Source of the DNA: a virus
Reading direction: 5' to 3' (one strand)
IMG/VR virus record: IMGVR_UViG_3300030943_000055
DNA: 42,474 bases
Shown here: in pieces, positions 41,367 through 42,474 of the stretch
Position numbering within the stretch: the stretch's first letter is position 1
How the letters are laid out: each line of letters starts with the position of its first letter
Position numbers and translations under genes: made by a program
The notes under the pieces: model-generated
The model's input: only the letters and a program-made list of their open reading frames with translations
Databases searched by the model: none
Told to the model about the DNA's origin: nothing

Positions 41367-41687
41367 ATGAAACAAGTTGAAGCAAAAGATGTAACGAAAA
41401 TAGAAGGTCTCTCCAAAGCTAATGCGGAGAGGGAGAAGTCCATTGCACGTCAATGGGCTACCTTCTCCAAAACAGATGCGTATGCAGATTTAATGCAATA
41501 TGGGCACTCTACAAGCGAGATGCTCAGTACCTACGCAAAGGAAATGGTAATGCCTTCTCCAGTAGGAGACGGTGAACAAATAATAATTGATGGTGAGAAG
41601 TCGCTTTCTCTCTTGCAAAATGCTAGAGGATGTGATATAATACTATCGTACGTTGAGGAATATGTTTCTTCAGCTACAAATAAATAG
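41367..41687 (+). CDS. hypothetical head-module protein (106 aa)
   Basis: ORF with AGGAAAG RBS, between the portal and scaffold genes. Confidence 0.55.
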   Translation: MKQVEAKDVTKIEGLSKANAEREKSIARQWATFSKTDAYADLMQYGHSTSEMLSTYAKEMVMPSPVGDGEQIIIDGEKSLSLLQNARGCDIILSYVEEYVSSATNK

Positions 41688-41707
41688 AATACAAAGGAGT
41701 ATCCTAA

Positions 41708-42474
41708 ATGAATGAAACCACTACTGGTCAAGTAGTAGATACGTCAGCTGCCGACAACTCGAGTACAGCTAACCCTACAAATCTTCCAGCGGATTCGCAA
41801 GTAAATGGAAACGAGGACGCAAGTTCTCAGGCAACGTCTACCGCATCTGCTGAACAAAATCAATCAACAGAAGCCGATGACAATGCTGCTCTCGCAAGTT
41901 TCGCAAAAGGTCAGGGTATCACCGACCTTGCTGAATTATCAGCTCGTGAAATAAGCCTTCTTAAAATGGCTCGAGACAATAAGTCTGCATTTGATAAAAC
42001 AAGGAATAACCAACCAAAACTTGACGAAACGTCTAAAAACTTGGCAACCCTTGGTGACGATGCAACTGATGTCCAAAAGCTCACCGCTAAAGTAGCAAAC
42101 ATGGAGTTCGCTACCACGAAGACTAATTTCTTCACTGGCAAAGATGCAGCACTAGAACCAGTAATGGCTCAAATTGTTGCTGATAAGCGTTCTCAATTTG
42201 GTGACGACTATGCTCGTTCCTTATTGCAAGATTTGCCTACATTATATGGTCTAGCACAACTACAAAAGCCTGCTGATACCAGTGCTGCTGCACAAGCTGC
42301 TAGAGAAGAAGAGCGTAATTCTATGAATCAGAGTTTAGCTGCTTCAGGTGCTGACGCACATGCAACTAATTCTCGACCTGCAACTCCTGTAAAAGTCACT
42401 AATGCCTGGATTGAAAATGAGTATGACTCAACAAACCCAGAACACCGTGCGTTACTTGATGCTGCTCTCAAACG
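41708..42474 (+). CDS. scaffolding protein, 5' part (runs off the window and ends at nt 131; 298 codons including the stop)
   Basis: Not in the ORF track because no stop falls inside the window. AAGGAG RBS precedes ATG 41708. The sequence is acidic, A/Q/S-rich and helical (MNETTTGQVVDTSAADNS...), and the gene sits directly before the capsid gene. Confidence 0.7.
   Translation, partial: MNETTTGQVVDTSAADNSSTANPTNLPADSQVNGNEDASSQATSTASAEQNQSTEADDNAALASFAKGQGITDLAELSAREISLLKMARDNKSAFDKTRNNQPKLDETSKNLATLGDDATDVQKLTAKVANMEFATTKTNFFTGKDAALEPVMAQIVADKRSQFGDDYARSLLQDLPTLYGLAQLQKPADTSAAAQAAREEERNSMNQSLAASGADAHATNSRPATPVKVTNAWIENEYDSTNPEHRALLDAALK
42348..42474. repeat. second copy of the 127-nt terminal overlap
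   Basis: Identical to nt 1-127. Confidence 0.95.

Noticed and set aside
42348-42474. Terminal 127-nt direct repeat as a biological DTR or LTR
   Set aside because: The repeat lies in the middle of the scaffold gene, and its length equals a common maximal assembler k-mer. It is most simply an assembly closure artefact. The real termini cannot be deduced from the sequence alone.
1-42474. Lysogeny module, CRISPR array, retron/DGR (reverse transcriptase), toxin-antitoxin pair
   Set aside because: No integrase, recombinase, CI-like repressor or reverse-transcriptase-sized ORF with matching motifs was seen. No repeat-spacer array is present. The only mobile elements evident are the free-standing HNH-type endonuclease genes.

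Overview
The window is one complete, circularly closed dsDNA phage genome of about 42,347 bp. Nt 1-127 recur exactly at 42348-42474, and the linear cut falls inside the scaffolding-protein gene. GC looks about 40% by eye. No integrase or repressor is visible, so the phage appears virulent.

Two divergent transcription blocks leave a 1.2-kb AT-rich control region (35.13-36.32 kb) and converge on a bidirectional terminator at about 16.05 kb.

Rightward (late) block, 36317 -> 42474 -> 1 -> 16022: HAD-like protein, TerS, TerL, portal, scaffold, major capsid, three fibre-type proteins, a T7 gp11/gp12-like adaptor and nozzle pair, internal/ejection proteins (one of 1494 aa), and a lysis cassette (GH25+G5 endolysin, holin). 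The synteny is podovirus-like. The host is probably a low-GC Gram-positive bacterium (inference).

Leftward (early/middle) block, 35127 -> 16072: many mini-ORFs, a SprT-like protease, a clamp-like protein, a Pif1/RecD-like helicase, a HIRAN + PD-(D/E)XK nuclease, an SSB-like protein, a T7 endonuclease-I homologue, three HNH-type endonucleases, a PolB-type exonuclease, a glutaredoxin, and an RNA-repair cassette (Pnkp, RNA ligase, ligase-associated nucleotidyltransferase). I see no DNA polymerase, primase or RNA polymerase gene.

Most unusual observations:
1. A cluster of aberrant tRNA-like genes at 23875-24187. It holds a class-II-like tRNA with anticodon AAU, a cloverleaf with a 19-nt anticodon loop, and two CCA-ended acceptor modules carrying the alanine identity set G3:U70/A73. 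It lies 2.6 kb from the RNA-repair cassette.
2. Two ORF junctions that carry the same slippery heptamer T_TTA_AAA in the register needed for a -1 frameshift.
3. An HNH endonuclease gene flanked by a synonymously recoded duplication of its neighbour's last 7 codons plus stop.
4. Three near-identical consensus promoters with a CTACAACAC box at a fixed distance.
5. A 350-nt structured leader whose main helix is strand-specific.
6. A fibre protein built of 22-aa HxH repeats.

All functional calls rest on motifs read by eye. No database search was possible.
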